The notes under the pieces are model-generated. The model searched no databases. It saw only the letters and a list, made by a program, of their open reading frames with translations, and was not told the DNA's origin. Source: Planctomycetota bacterium (GTDB taxonomy: Bacteria; Planctomycetota; UBA8742; UBA2392). Taken from it: a DNA stretch of 64,000 bases. The DNA lies in assembly GCA_020638635.1 (NCBI GenBank), contig JACKIE010000001.1:305906-369905 (forward strand), given 5' to 3'. A program made the translations under genes and the position numbers. Below, one piece after another: positions 27,372-36,572 of this stretch (positions within the stretch are counted from its first letter, which is position 1; every line of letters starts with the position of its first letter).

Positions 27372-27796
27372 GGAAGCTTCGTCAGGATGGCAGAGGGTCC
27401 CTGCAGGGCCGGGGTTTCGCGCAGGTCGATCAGCAGGCTGGTGAATCCCTGCAGCTCGCCTTGGGCGTCCACCCGCCGGCTCGAAACGTCCAGCACCGGC
27501 ACCTCGGCACCGTCCGACGCGATCAGCCGGTAGCGCAGGATCAGCCGATCCGAGCCCTGCCGGTGCAGCTCGTCGCCCTCTGCCAGTAGATCCAGGTCGT
27601 CCGGGTGCACCACGCTGGCGGCCGAGTACTTCTTGCCGTGCAGGAAGTCCTCCAGCTCGTAGCCCAGCAGGTTGGCGGCGTGCCGGTTGGCGAAGCGCAG
27701 GGTGTAGTCATCGTCGGCGTCGGTGCAGATCAAGGCCGCGGGCATGGCCTCAATCAGCTCGGCCGGGTCGGGAATGGGACCGATGGGTTTGCGCAT
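27368..27796 (-). CDS. stand-alone PAS-domain protein (one module)
   Basis: PAS-like core (ALICTDADDDYTLRFANRHAANLLGYELEDFLH...VHPDDLDLL) ending in DLRETPALQGPSAILTKL. Confidence 0.7.
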   Translation of the reverse strand: MRKPIGPIPDPAELIEAMPAALICTDADDDYTLRFANRHAANLLGYELEDFLHGKKYSAASVVHPDDLDLLAEGDELHRQGSDRLILRYRLIASDGAEVPVLDVSSRRVDAQGELQGFTSLLIDLRETPALQGPSAILTKLP

Positions 27797-27868
27797 GGCA
27801 GCCTCTCATTCGGCGATGATAGAGGGTTCCGCCCGGAATGCAAAAGGTCACGTTGGCAAGGCAACGAA

Positions 27869-28744
27869 TCAGCCGCCAAGGAGGCCGGACGCACCCCACA
27901 GGGCCGGCACATGGCTGATGTCCAGCACTGCGCCCGCCACGCCCACCTGCTCGTAACCCGGCGGCTGCGCCCCGCGCGCAAAGATCAGAACCGGCACCAG
28001 TTCGCCTTCAGCATCCAGCAGCCGCACGCGCGCCGCAGAGCGGGCATCGATCGCCGCGGCCGCCGTTTCGATGTACGCGTCAGCATGGTCCTGGTCTTCG
28101 GGAGAGACGGTGCTCGACGGCTTGTAAACCTTGGCGTCGAGAAACTCCTGGGCGGAGTAGCCAAGCAGTTCCTCCAGCGAGCCCGACATCGCCCGCACCG
28201 TGTACTGCTCGTCGTTCTCGGTGAAGAACGACACAACCGGCAACTGGCTGGCCGCCCAGGCGGCATCCACCTGCGCGGGCAGCCTTGCCGGAGGGCGGCG
28301 CCGTTTCGGGGCGCGCAACTCGGAAAGCAGCCCGGAGGGGCCCTGCAGCTGCGGGATGCCTCGCAGGTCAAAACTGACACCGGCAAGGGCCTGCACTTCG
28401 CCCCGTTCGCCGATCACGGCCTTGGTCGCAAGCAGCATGGGAATGGGTTCGCCGTTGGCTTGCACCAGCCTGTAGCGGGATACGACCGGAGCGCCGCCCG
28501 AAGCAGCCTGCTCGGCGTGGGCGTCGATGATGTCTTGATCTTCCGGATGTGTGGTGGAAGCCGCATAGTAGTGCTTGTTGCGGATAAAGTCGTCCAGCTT
28601 GTAGCCGAATGCCTTGCCACTGCCTGCCGCGATGAAGTGCATGGAGTAGAGAGCGTCGTTGTCGCATACGAACGAGACGAAGGGCACGTTGGCGAGCAGC
28701 CAACCCTCATCAAGTTGCCCTGCATTCCGCGCGAATTGGTTCAT
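27869..28744 (-). CDS. tandem PAS-domain protein (two modules)
   Basis: Two copies of the same ~140-aa module as the downstream gene. Each ends in a D-[LI]-[RS]-x-[IV]-P-x-L-[QW]-G-[PA]-S-G-L-L motif. Confidence 0.7.
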   Translation of the reverse strand: MNQFARNAGQLDEGWLLANVPFVSFVCDNDALYSMHFIAAGSGKAFGYKLDDFIRNKHYYAASTTHPEDQDIIDAHAEQAASGGAPVVSRYRLVQANGEPIPMLLATKAVIGERGEVQALAGVSFDLRGIPQLQGPSGLLSELRAPKRRRPPARLPAQVDAAWAASQLPVVSFFTENDEQYTVRAMSGSLEELLGYSAQEFLDAKVYKPSSTVSPEDQDHADAYIETAAAAIDARSAARVRLLDAEGELVPVLIFARGAQPPGYEQVGVAGAVLDISHVPALWGASGLLGG

Positions 28745-28825
28745 CGCCTTGATCGCCCAGCGTTAGGACGGACAAAGGTAATATAGTCACGGATTCAAGC
28801 GAAAGCATTTCGGAAGGACGCAGAA

Positions 28826-28923
28826 TAAAAAAAGGACTGACAACGTCCATTGTTGCCCCGGATGAATTTTCGACTGGACAACGTCGAAAATTCGAAGCCC
28901 TCGCGGGGCAATCACGAGGGCTT
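28826..28923 (-). terminator. compound hairpin cluster ending in a T7 run downstream of mnmG
   Basis: On the minus strand: GAAGCCCTCG..CGAGGGCTTC (10 bp), GAATTTTCGAC..GTCGAAAATTC (11 bp), then GGAC-GTTGTCA-GTCC followed by TTTTTTT. Confidence 0.5.
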
Positions 28924-29048
28924 CACTCAATCCCCTCCCGGGCTAAGAGGGGTTGGGGCATATGGTTTTCATGGCCCTTGGGCCGACGATCGAAGTCTAC
29001 CCGGCGACCCGGGCCGAATCAAGACTAATTAGGTCCACGTTACCCAGT

Positions 29049-30914
29049 TTAGCCGCGCGAGGATTTAAGCCACACGCGCAGCACCGTCAGATCCGCCGGG
29101 CCGATCCCCGGGATGCGCGCCGCCTGCCCCAGCGTGCGCGGCCCCACGCGCGCCAGCTTCTCGCGCGCCTCTTTGCGCAGCGGCTCAATGCCCGCGTAAC
29201 GCAGGCCCTGCGGCAACTTGAAATCCTCCAGCTCGCGCATGCGCGCGACCTCGGCGTCTTCACGGTCCATGTAGCCCGCGTAGCGCGCGTCGATTTCCAG
29301 CGTATCCACGGCCTCGGGGTCCAGCGCGTCGAGTTGCGGCAGGAGCGCGCGCACCCTGGACCACTCGAAGTTCGGCGTGCGCAGCCAGTCATAAAGGCTC
29401 TTGCCCTCGTGGCGCCTGGCGCGCAGCAGAGCCTCGCCGCGGTCGTAGGCCTCCTGCTTGTCGTCGAAGCGCTCGCGACGCGCGGCATCCACGCAGCCCA
29501 GCGTGATGCCCAGCGGCGTCAGGCGGCGGTCGGCGTTGTCCGTGCGCAGGCGCAGGCGGTACTCGGCCAGGCTGGTGAACATGCGGTAGGGCTCGTCGGT
29601 GCCGCGCGTGGTCAGGTCGTCGATCAGCACGCCGATGTAGGCCTGGTCGCGCCGCAGCACCACGGGTTCGCGCCCGGCCAGGCTCAGCGCCGCGTTCAGT
29701 CCTGCCATCAGGCCCTGGGCGCCGGCTTCCTCGTATCCGGTCGTCCCGTTGATCTGGCCGGCGAGGTACAGCCCGCGCACCAGCTTGGTCTCCAGCGTGC
29801 TGTGCACCTGGGTGGGCGGCACGAAGTCGTACTCGACCGCATAGCCGTACTTCAGGATGCGCGCGCGCTCAAGCCCCGGGATGGTGCGCACCAGGGCGTC
29901 CTGCACGTCGCGCGGCATGCTGGTGCTGATGCCGTTGGGGTAGACCTCGTCGGTGTCCAGCCCCTCTGGCTCAAGGAATACGTGGTGGCTGCCGCGGTCG
30001 GGGAAGCGCTTGATCTTGTCCTCGATGCTGGGGCAATAACGCGGCCCCACGCCCACGATCTGTCCGCTGTAGAGCGGGCTGCGCGCCAGGTTGTCCGCGA
30101 TCACCTGGTGAGTGGCCTCGGTCGTGCGCGTGATGTAACAGCTCACCTGTTGGCCGGTGATGGCCGAAGTCAGGAACGAGAACGGCCGTGGGGGCTCGTC
30201 CCCCTTCTGCTCTTCCACCCTTAACCAGTCAATACTTGACCCGTCAAGGCGCGGCGGCGTGCCTGTTTTCAGGCGCCCGGTACGGAAGCCCAGCGCCTTC
30301 AGCTGCTCGGAAAGGCCGTAGCTGGCTTTTTCGCCCGCGCGCCCGCCGGCGATCTTGTCTTCGCCGTAGTGCAGCAGCCCGCCCAGGAAGGTGCCGGTGG
30401 TAAGCACCACGCGCGGCGCGCGGAGTTCACGGCCGTCGGCGAGGGCGACGCCGGAGACCGCCAGTCCCGTGTCCCGCGTCCCGTGTCCCGTGTCGCAGTT
30501 ACTGACCCGGGACGCGGGACTCGGCACTCGGGACGTCGTCAGCCCGACTGCTTCTCCCTCAACGATCGTCAGCCCGCTCGCGCCCTCGCACATCGCCTGG
30601 GCCGCGCGCTGGTACGCGGCCTTGTCGGCTTGCGCGCGGGGCGAGATCACCGCCGCGCCCTTGCTGGTGTTCAGCATGCGGAACTGGATGCCGGCGTTGT
30701 CGATCAGCCGCCCCATGGCGCCGCCCAGGGCGTCGATCTCGCGCACGATCTGCCCCTTGGCCACGCCGCCAATGGCCGGGTTGCAAGACATGCGCCCAAT
30801 GCCGTCGCGGGTGAAGGTAAGCAGGCAAACCGAAGCCCCCAGCCGCGCCGCCGCCAAAGCGGCCTCAATCCCGGCATGCCCCCCACCCACCACGATGACG
30901 TCGAACTGTATCAT
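29049..30914 (-). CDS. mnmG: tRNA uridine 5-carboxymethylaminomethyl modification enzyme MnmG (GidA)
   Basis: [46 protein letters not shown] and [12 protein letters not shown] motifs. It contains a ~21-aa insert, see findings. Confidence 0.95.
   Translation of the reverse strand: MIQFDVIVVGGGHAGIEAALAAARLGASVCLLTFTRDGIGRMSCNPAIGGVAKGQIVREIDALGGAMGRLIDNAGIQFRMLNTSKGAAVISPRAQADKAAYQRAAQAMCEGASGLTIVEGEAVGLTTSRVPSPASRVSNCDTGHGTRDTGLAVSGVALADGRELRAPRVVLTTGTFLGGLLHYGEDKIAGGRAGEKASYGLSEQLKALGFRTGRLKTGTPPRLDGSSIDWLRVEEQKGDEPPRPFSFLTSAITGQQVSCYITRTTEATHQVIADNLARSPLYSGQIVGVGPRYCPSIEDKIKRFPDRGSHHVFLEPEGLDTDEVYPNGISTSMPRDVQDALVRTIPGLERARILKYGYAVEYDFVPPTQVHSTLETKLVRGLYLAGQINGTTGYEEAGAQGLMAGLNAALSLAGREPVVLRRDQAYIGVLIDDLTTRGTDEPYRMFTSLAEYRLRLRTDNADRRLTPLGITLGCVDAARRERFDDKQEAYDRGEALLRARRHEGKSLYDWLRTPNFEWSRVRALLPQLDALDPEAVDTLEIDARYAGYMDREDAEVARMRELEDFKLPQGLRYAGIEPLRKEAREKLARVGPRTLGQAARIPGIGPADLTVLRVWLKSSRG
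30464..30535. repeat. heptamer-array hairpin (GTCCCGN)4 inside the mnmG coding sequence
   Basis: Arm 30464-30492 (GTCCCGT GTCCCGC GTCCCGT GTCCCGT G) against 30507-30535. 24 of 29 positions are complementary, with a ~14-nt loop. Confidence 0.8.
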
Positions 30915-30926
30915 CCCGGGACTCGA

Positions 30927-31235
30927 TCACGCGCCACCAAGCCTGCTCCTCAGCCACTCCTCAACATCTCGCGCACCATGGACTGTGCCGATGAAGATCA
31001 GACTGCTGTCACGCAATGCGTAGAAGAGCCTGAATCTGAATCGCCTGATGATGGCTTGTCGAACTTCACCTTGGACTACAGGGTACGCGCGCGGATTCGC
31101 GACGATGACGTTCAGCGCCGACGCAAGATCAGCGGTGAACTTGCCGCCGAGTCCGGGTGCGCGAGAATTGAACCACGTGACCGCTTCGCGGACATCTTCG
31201 TAAAACTCCGGAAGAAAGATGATCGGCAGGCTCAC
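30927..31235 (-). CDS. ParE/RelE-family toxin
   Basis: GTG start overlapping the antitoxin stop (GTGA). IFLPEFYEDVREAVTWF...RRFRFRLFYALRDSSLIFIGTVHGARD is a typical ParE-like fold pattern. Confidence 0.7.
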   Translation of the reverse strand: MSLPIIFLPEFYEDVREAVTWFNSRAPGLGGKFTADLASALNVIVANPRAYPVVQGEVRQAIIRRFRFRLFYALRDSSLIFIGTVHGARDVEEWLRSRLGGA

Positions 31236-31453
31236 CGCAATTCCCGAAGCCGTCTCATCATTTCGTCGTGCGAGATCCCCTTGGACGGGTCTGCGTCGAA
31301 CTTCGCCAACCGCCGTTCCATTTCGTCCAGCACTGCTTTCGAAACCGGAACCGCGTTTTCCTCGGCCAGCGTGTCCCAGATCTGCTCGATCAGGGCAATG
31401 CGCTGCGCCGGGGTCAGCTTGCGGATGGCGTCCATGTCGATCGTCTGGGCCAT
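31232..31453 (-). CDS. addiction-module antitoxin component
   Basis: MAQTIDMDAIRKLTPAQRIALIEQIWDTLAEE. 73 aa, translationally coupled to the toxin. Confidence 0.65.
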   Translation of the reverse strand: MAQTIDMDAIRKLTPAQRIALIEQIWDTLAEENAVPVSKAVLDEMERRLAKFDADPSKGISHDEMMRRLRELR

Positions 31454-31556
31454 GGCAACAGCATACCACACGGCCGCGACATGGCAGGGGGTTGTGCCGG
31501 TTTCGCGCGCCGTTGGGACTGGCAGAACCGGGCGCTGCGCCCTATGCTTCCGGCCC

Positions 31557-32573
31557 ATGAACCTTGAGTTGATCGCCTACCTGAAGAAGCAGTCCCAGTT
31601 CACGCCCCTGCCCGAGCTTGAAGATAAGCTCGAACTCGGGCGCGACCAGCTGTTCTCGGACGTCGAAGCCCTGATCGAAGAAGGCTACTCCATCGAGTTC
31701 CACCCCTACCTGGGCGTCAAGCTGCTCGACATCCCCGACCGCCTGCTCAAGCACGAAATCCGCGACGACCTCAACACCAAGCACGTCGGCCGCAAACTCC
31801 AGATCTTCGACCAGGTCTCCAGCACCAACGAAACCGCCTGGGAACTCATTGAGGCCGATCCCAAGCTCAAGGACGGCACCGTCGTGCTGGCCGAGTCGCA
31901 GACCCGCGGCAGAGGCCGCATGGGGCGCGAATGGCACTCGGCTAAGGGCGCCGGGCTGTGGCTTTCGGTGGTGCTGAAGACCTCCGTGCCGCCCGACAAG
32001 CTGGCGTTTCTGACCAGCGGCGCGGCGCTGGCGATCGCCAACATGCTGCAGCAGTTCATCCACCTGCCCGCCGAGATCAAGTGGCCCAACGACATCATGA
32101 TCCGCGGCCGCAAGGTGTGCGGCATCCTGGTCGAGGCGCGCAGCAACCAGCCGGATGTCTACGTGCTGGGCATCGGCATGAACGTGAACCAGGCGCGCAC
32201 GGACTTCCCCGAAAGCCTGCGCGAGACGGCCACCAGCCTGCGCCTCGAGCGCCCGGGCGCGCGCACCCTGAACCGCGTGCGGGTGCTGCGCCCGCTGCTG
32301 TTCTACCTCGAGCGCGTCTACCTGCAGATCAAGAAGAAGAAGTGGGAACGCCTGGCCGAGGCGTGGTCCGAGTTCGTGCACATGGGCGGCAAACAGATCA
32401 GCCTTGAGCAGGGCGGCCAGGAGTTCAAGGGCAGGGTTGTAAAGATTCACCCCAGCGACGGCATCACGCTGAAGCTGGCGGGCGACGAACAGCGCACCTT
32501 CGCCGCCGAGAGCGTGACCAACGTGCGCGAGCTGCCCGCGGAAGAGCCCGAGCCCGAACAGGTCGAGCCATGA
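31557..32573 (+). CDS. birA: bifunctional biotin--[acetyl-CoA-carboxylase] ligase / repressor
   Basis: Only the last 338 aa of the 734-aa ORF are used. N-terminal winged-helix, then catalytic motifs QTRGRGRMGREW and KWPNDI. Confidence 0.88.
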   Translation: MNLELIAYLKKQSQFTPLPELEDKLELGRDQLFSDVEALIEEGYSIEFHPYLGVKLLDIPDRLLKHEIRDDLNTKHVGRKLQIFDQVSSTNETAWELIEADPKLKDGTVVLAESQTRGRGRMGREWHSAKGAGLWLSVVLKTSVPPDKLAFLTSGAALAIANMLQQFIHLPAEIKWPNDIMIRGRKVCGILVEARSNQPDVYVLGIGMNVNQARTDFPESLRETATSLRLERPGARTLNRVRVLRPLLFYLERVYLQIKKKKWERLAEAWSEFVHMGGKQISLEQGGQEFKGRVVKIHPSDGITLKLAGDEQRTFAAESVTNVRELPAEEPEPEQVEP

Positions 32574-32926
32574 GCCTCAGCCGCGACAGCCTGCAGCGCT
32601 TCCTGGACGTGCACAACGCGGCCGTGGAAACGGGCGACTTCGCGGCGATCGTGCGGATGTTCGCCCCTGACGGCGAGCTGCGCTACGTGGGCATCGACTT
32701 CGGCCCGTTTGCGGGCCACGAGGCGATCGCCCGCTCGTTCCGCGAACGCCCGCCGCTTCACAAGCTGGTGCTCAGCTCCGTCACGGCCGACGGCGACAAG
32801 GCCACCGCCGTGTACGCCACGGCCGATCAACCGGAGCAGCGCGCGGGTACACTGGTGGTGACCACGGGCGGCAATCTGACCCAGCGCCTGACCATCAGCG
32901 TGATCAACAGGTCCACCGATGGCTGA
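32570..32926 (+). CDS. SnoaL/NTF2-like small protein
   Basis: ATGA overlap with birA. LQRFLDVHNAAVETGDFAAIVRMFAPDGEL pattern. Confidence 0.55.
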   Translation: MSLSRDSLQRFLDVHNAAVETGDFAAIVRMFAPDGELRYVGIDFGPFAGHEAIARSFRERPPLHKLVLSSVTADGDKATAVYATADQPEQRAGTLVVTTGGNLTQRLTISVINRSTDG

Positions 32927-33698
32927 CAACGACCTTTATACCGCGCCGGACCTCTACGACCTGCTCAGCGACGGGGTGCCCGGCGACGTGGCCTGGTTCA
33001 GCAGGCAGGCCAAGGCGGCGAAAAGCGTGTTGGAGCTAGCGGCCGGCACCGGCCGCGTGACGATTCCGATGGCGCGCGCGGGCGCGAAGGTGACGGCCAT
33101 CGAGCTGCGCGAGCGCATGCTGGACGCGGCGGCGGAGAAGCTGGCGCGCGAAAAGCCGGAGGTGCGCAAGCGCGTGGAGCTGCTGGTCGGCGACATGCGT
33201 GGCTTTGATCTGAGGCGGCAGTTCCCGCTGATCGTGATCCCCTTCCGTGCCTTCCAGCACCTTCACGCGGTGCGCGACCAGCGCGCCTGTCTGGAGTGCT
33301 GCCGCGAACACTTGACGCGTCAAGGTAGACTGGTGATCGACCTGTTTGACCCCAACCTGCGCATCCTGGGCGCCAACCTGGACGTCAACGGCAGCGCGGC
33401 CCGCTTGTTCGGCGAGAAGGCCCTGGGCAAAGACGGCCGCATCGTGGCGATGTCGTCCCGTGTAAGCTGTCCCGAAGAGCAGCGCTTCGAGGAAACCATC
33501 GTGTACGAGAAGTTCGACGCGCAGGGCAACTCGCAATGGCGGCGCGCCCACAAGATCCACCTGCGCTACTTCTTCAGGTACGAGATGGAGCACCTGTTCG
33601 AGCTGAGCGGCCTGGAAGTAGTGAAGCTAGAAGGCGGCTTCAAAGGCCAGCCCTTCCAGCACGGCGGCGAACAGCTCTGGACCGTCAAGCGGGCATAA
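32919..33698 (+). CDS. class I SAM-dependent methyltransferase
   Basis: Motif I VLELAAGTGRVTIPMARAG and post-I/II acidic residues. 259 aa. Confidence 0.8.
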   Translation: MADNDLYTAPDLYDLLSDGVPGDVAWFSRQAKAAKSVLELAAGTGRVTIPMARAGAKVTAIELRERMLDAAAEKLAREKPEVRKRVELLVGDMRGFDLRRQFPLIVIPFRAFQHLHAVRDQRACLECCREHLTRQGRLVIDLFDPNLRILGANLDVNGSAARLFGEKALGKDGRIVAMSSRVSCPEEQRFEETIVYEKFDAQGNSQWRRAHKIHLRYFFRYEMEHLFELSGLEVVKLEGGFKGQPFQHGGEQLWTVKRA

Positions 33699-33840
33699 CC
33701 CGGCCGGCAACGGCCGGGGATCACAATCCTGATGGTCGTACTCGCTGATCGTACAACAAGGCGAGAGTCGTTCGCTTCGGTGCGTGCTTCAATATCTTCG
33801 ACCGGCACACGCCTTATCCCCGGCCATGGCTGGCCGGGTT
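33697..33840. repeat. REPIN/MITE-like element, copy 2
   Basis: AACCCGGCCGGCAACGGCCGGGGAT (33697-33721) and ATCCCCGGCCATGGCTGGCCGGGTT (33816-33840). It shares ACACGCCTTATCCCCGG and the internal core with copy 1. Confidence 0.8.
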
Positions 33841-33893
33841 GATCCGCCAGCCTTGTTGGTTAGCCTTAAGGATACCCGAGACAGGAGACTGCC

Positions 33894-34466
33894 ATGGCCG
33901 TTACCCCATCCACCATGCTGCCCCTGGGCACGCCCGCGCCGGCCTTTGCGCTGCCGGACATCACGGGCGACACCGTTTCCAGTGAGACTTTCAAGGGCTT
34001 TCCGCTGCTCGTGATGTTCATCTGCAACCACTGCCCCTTCGTGAAACACGTCGCCACCGAGCTCGCGCAGATCGGCCGCGACTACCGCGATAAGCTGGCC
34101 ATCATCGCCATCAACAGCAACGACGTCGCCAGCCACCCCGACGACGCGCCCGACAAAATGAAGCTCGAGGCCGCGCACCGCGGCTACGCCTTCCCCTACC
34201 TGTACGACGAAAGCCAGGAAGTCGCCAAGGCGTACAAAGCGGCCTGCACGCCCGATTTCTTCCTGTTCGACCGCGAGCACAAGCTGGTCTACCGCGGGCA
34301 GCTCGATGACTCGCGGCCCAAGAGCGACATCCCGGTCACGGGCGCCGACCTGCGCGCGGCCATCGACGCCGTGCTGGCCGGCAAGCCGGTCAGCGCCAGG
34401 CAGCGCCCCAGCGCGGGCTGCAACATCAAGTGGAAGGCCGGCAACGCGCCCGCGTACTTCGGCTGA
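33894..34466 (+). CDS. thioredoxin-fold (AhpC/TSA-like) thiol-disulfide oxidoreductase
   Basis: FALPDITGDTVS...LLVMFICNHCPFVKH redox-motif context. 190 aa. Confidence 0.8.
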   Translation: MAVTPSTMLPLGTPAPAFALPDITGDTVSSETFKGFPLLVMFICNHCPFVKHVATELAQIGRDYRDKLAIIAINSNDVASHPDDAPDKMKLEAAHRGYAFPYLYDESQEVAKAYKAACTPDFFLFDREHKLVYRGQLDDSRPKSDIPVTGADLRAAIDAVLAGKPVSARQRPSAGCNIKWKAGNAPAYFG

Positions 34467-35012
34467 TCAGTCGGACTTGCGGTCAATCAGCCAGGCCACG
34501 TCACGCGCCACGCGCAGGTGCGCGACCTTGATGCGCCCCTCCAGCGAGAAGCGGTCCGTGCCGTCGGTGGTGCCCATGCTGTCCACCGAGCCGCGGAACA
34601 ACACCTTGCCGCTGGCGGCGTCGCTGATGGTCAGCACGCCCTTGATCCAGCCCGGGTGCTTGTAGAAGTAGGCGTAGGTACCCAGGTTCATGTCCGTCAC
34701 CTTGAAGCTCACCACCGCGCCTTCCTTGGCCTCGGCGCCGGGCCCCAGCGCATAGACCGCCTTCTCCGCTCGGCCGCACTCGCCGGCGAACTGGCTGGAC
34801 CACTCGTTGGTCTTGAGCTTCCAGTCGCTGTCGCTGATTTCCCACTTGGGGTCGATGGGCGTGGTGTTCTCCACCTGCGCGATGTGGAAGGCCGTCACGG
34901 CCTCGAGCGCCGCGGCGTCGTCGATTTCGGGCGTGGTAACTCGCAGGCCACCACCGCAGCCGACCAGAATCAGTGAGAACAGCGCCAGCGCGCCAAGCTT
35001 CACGAGCGACAT
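34467..35012 (-). CDS. lipoprotein, function unknown (paralogue of 35069-35599)
   Basis: Start at MSLVKLGALALFSLILVGCGGG (lipobox LVGC). Confidence 0.6.
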   Translation of the reverse strand: MSLVKLGALALFSLILVGCGGGLRVTTPEIDDAAALEAVTAFHIAQVENTTPIDPKWEISDSDWKLKTNEWSSQFAGECGRAEKAVYALGPGAEAKEGAVVSFKVTDMNLGTYAYFYKHPGWIKGVLTISDAASGKVLFRGSVDSMGTTDGTDRFSLEGRIKVAHLRVARDVAWLIDRKSD

Positions 35013-35068
35013 GATTACCCCCTTGGGAAGGCCACCAGTCTGACGCCGGGCTTGGGGCAAGTCAAAAC

Positions 35069-35599
35069 TTACCGGCTGCGTTCGCGCTGGATCAGGCTGA
35101 CCACGTCCACGGCGAAGGCGTCGTGGGCGGATTCGAGGCGACCGCCGTAGGTGTACCACTGGTAACCGGCGTCGCCGGGTGTGCGGAAATCGACGTCCCA
35201 GCTGATCAGCACTTCGCCGGCCGCGTCGAGGATCAGCAGCTCGCCCTTGCAGATGGCGGGTTTGCGGACGATGCCGGCGAAGAAGCCGACATCCACTTCG
35301 CGCACGATCAACTGGATGGTAGCGCCGCCGGGCGGCAGGTCGCCTTCGAGGCGGGATATCGGCGCGCGGCGGGTGACCTCCAGGCGGTGGACGAAGGCTT
35401 CACTGAAGTCGCCGGTCTTCTCGTCCCACTCGCCGGCCGGCAGCTCCCAGTCCGCAGGCTCTTCAAAGTCAAACACCACCGGCGCGGCATAGAAGCGCTC
35501 AATCGAGGCCAGAGGCGAAGGCGGCTCTTCGGGCTTGGGCGCAGAGGCGCAAGCGGCCAGCAGCAGGGCAACAAGGGCAAGCGGTGGCAGTGTTCGCAT
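35069..35599 (-). CDS. lipoprotein, function unknown
   Basis: Start at MRTLPPLALVALLLAACASAP (lipobox LAAC). The upstream part of the 358-aa ORF is out-of-frame overlap with hbd. Confidence 0.6.
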   Translation of the reverse strand: MRTLPPLALVALLLAACASAPKPEEPPSPLASIERFYAAPVVFDFEEPADWELPAGEWDEKTGDFSEAFVHRLEVTRRAPISRLEGDLPPGGATIQLIVREVDVGFFAGIVRKPAICKGELLILDAAGEVLISWDVDFRTPGDAGYQWYTYGGRLESAHDAFAVDVVSLIQRERSR

Positions 35600-35613
35600 G
35601 AGTTCGGATCCCG

Positions 35614-36468
<855 letters not shown>

Positions 36469-36493
36469 TGTTGCTCCGTTGGTTCCAGCTGCA

Positions 36494-36567
36494 GGCTGCT
36501 GGCTGTTGGCTGTTAGCCGTTGGCTGTTAGCTAACAGCCAATAACTAGTAGCTAATAGCTAGCAGCC
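36494..36567. repeat. heptamer-array hairpin (GGCTGTT-type), loopless palindrome centre at 36530/36531
   Basis: 37-nt arms. 29 of 37 positions are complementary, and all 8 mismatches are transitions. Confidence 0.9.
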
Positions 36568-36572
36568 AACCC

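Noticed and set aside
30369-32573. 734-aa plus-strand ORF suggesting a very large BirA fusion.
   Set aside because: The first ~400 aa run antisense through mnmG and the toxin-antitoxin pair and have no recognisable domain. BirA homology begins at MNLELIAYLKK (31557).
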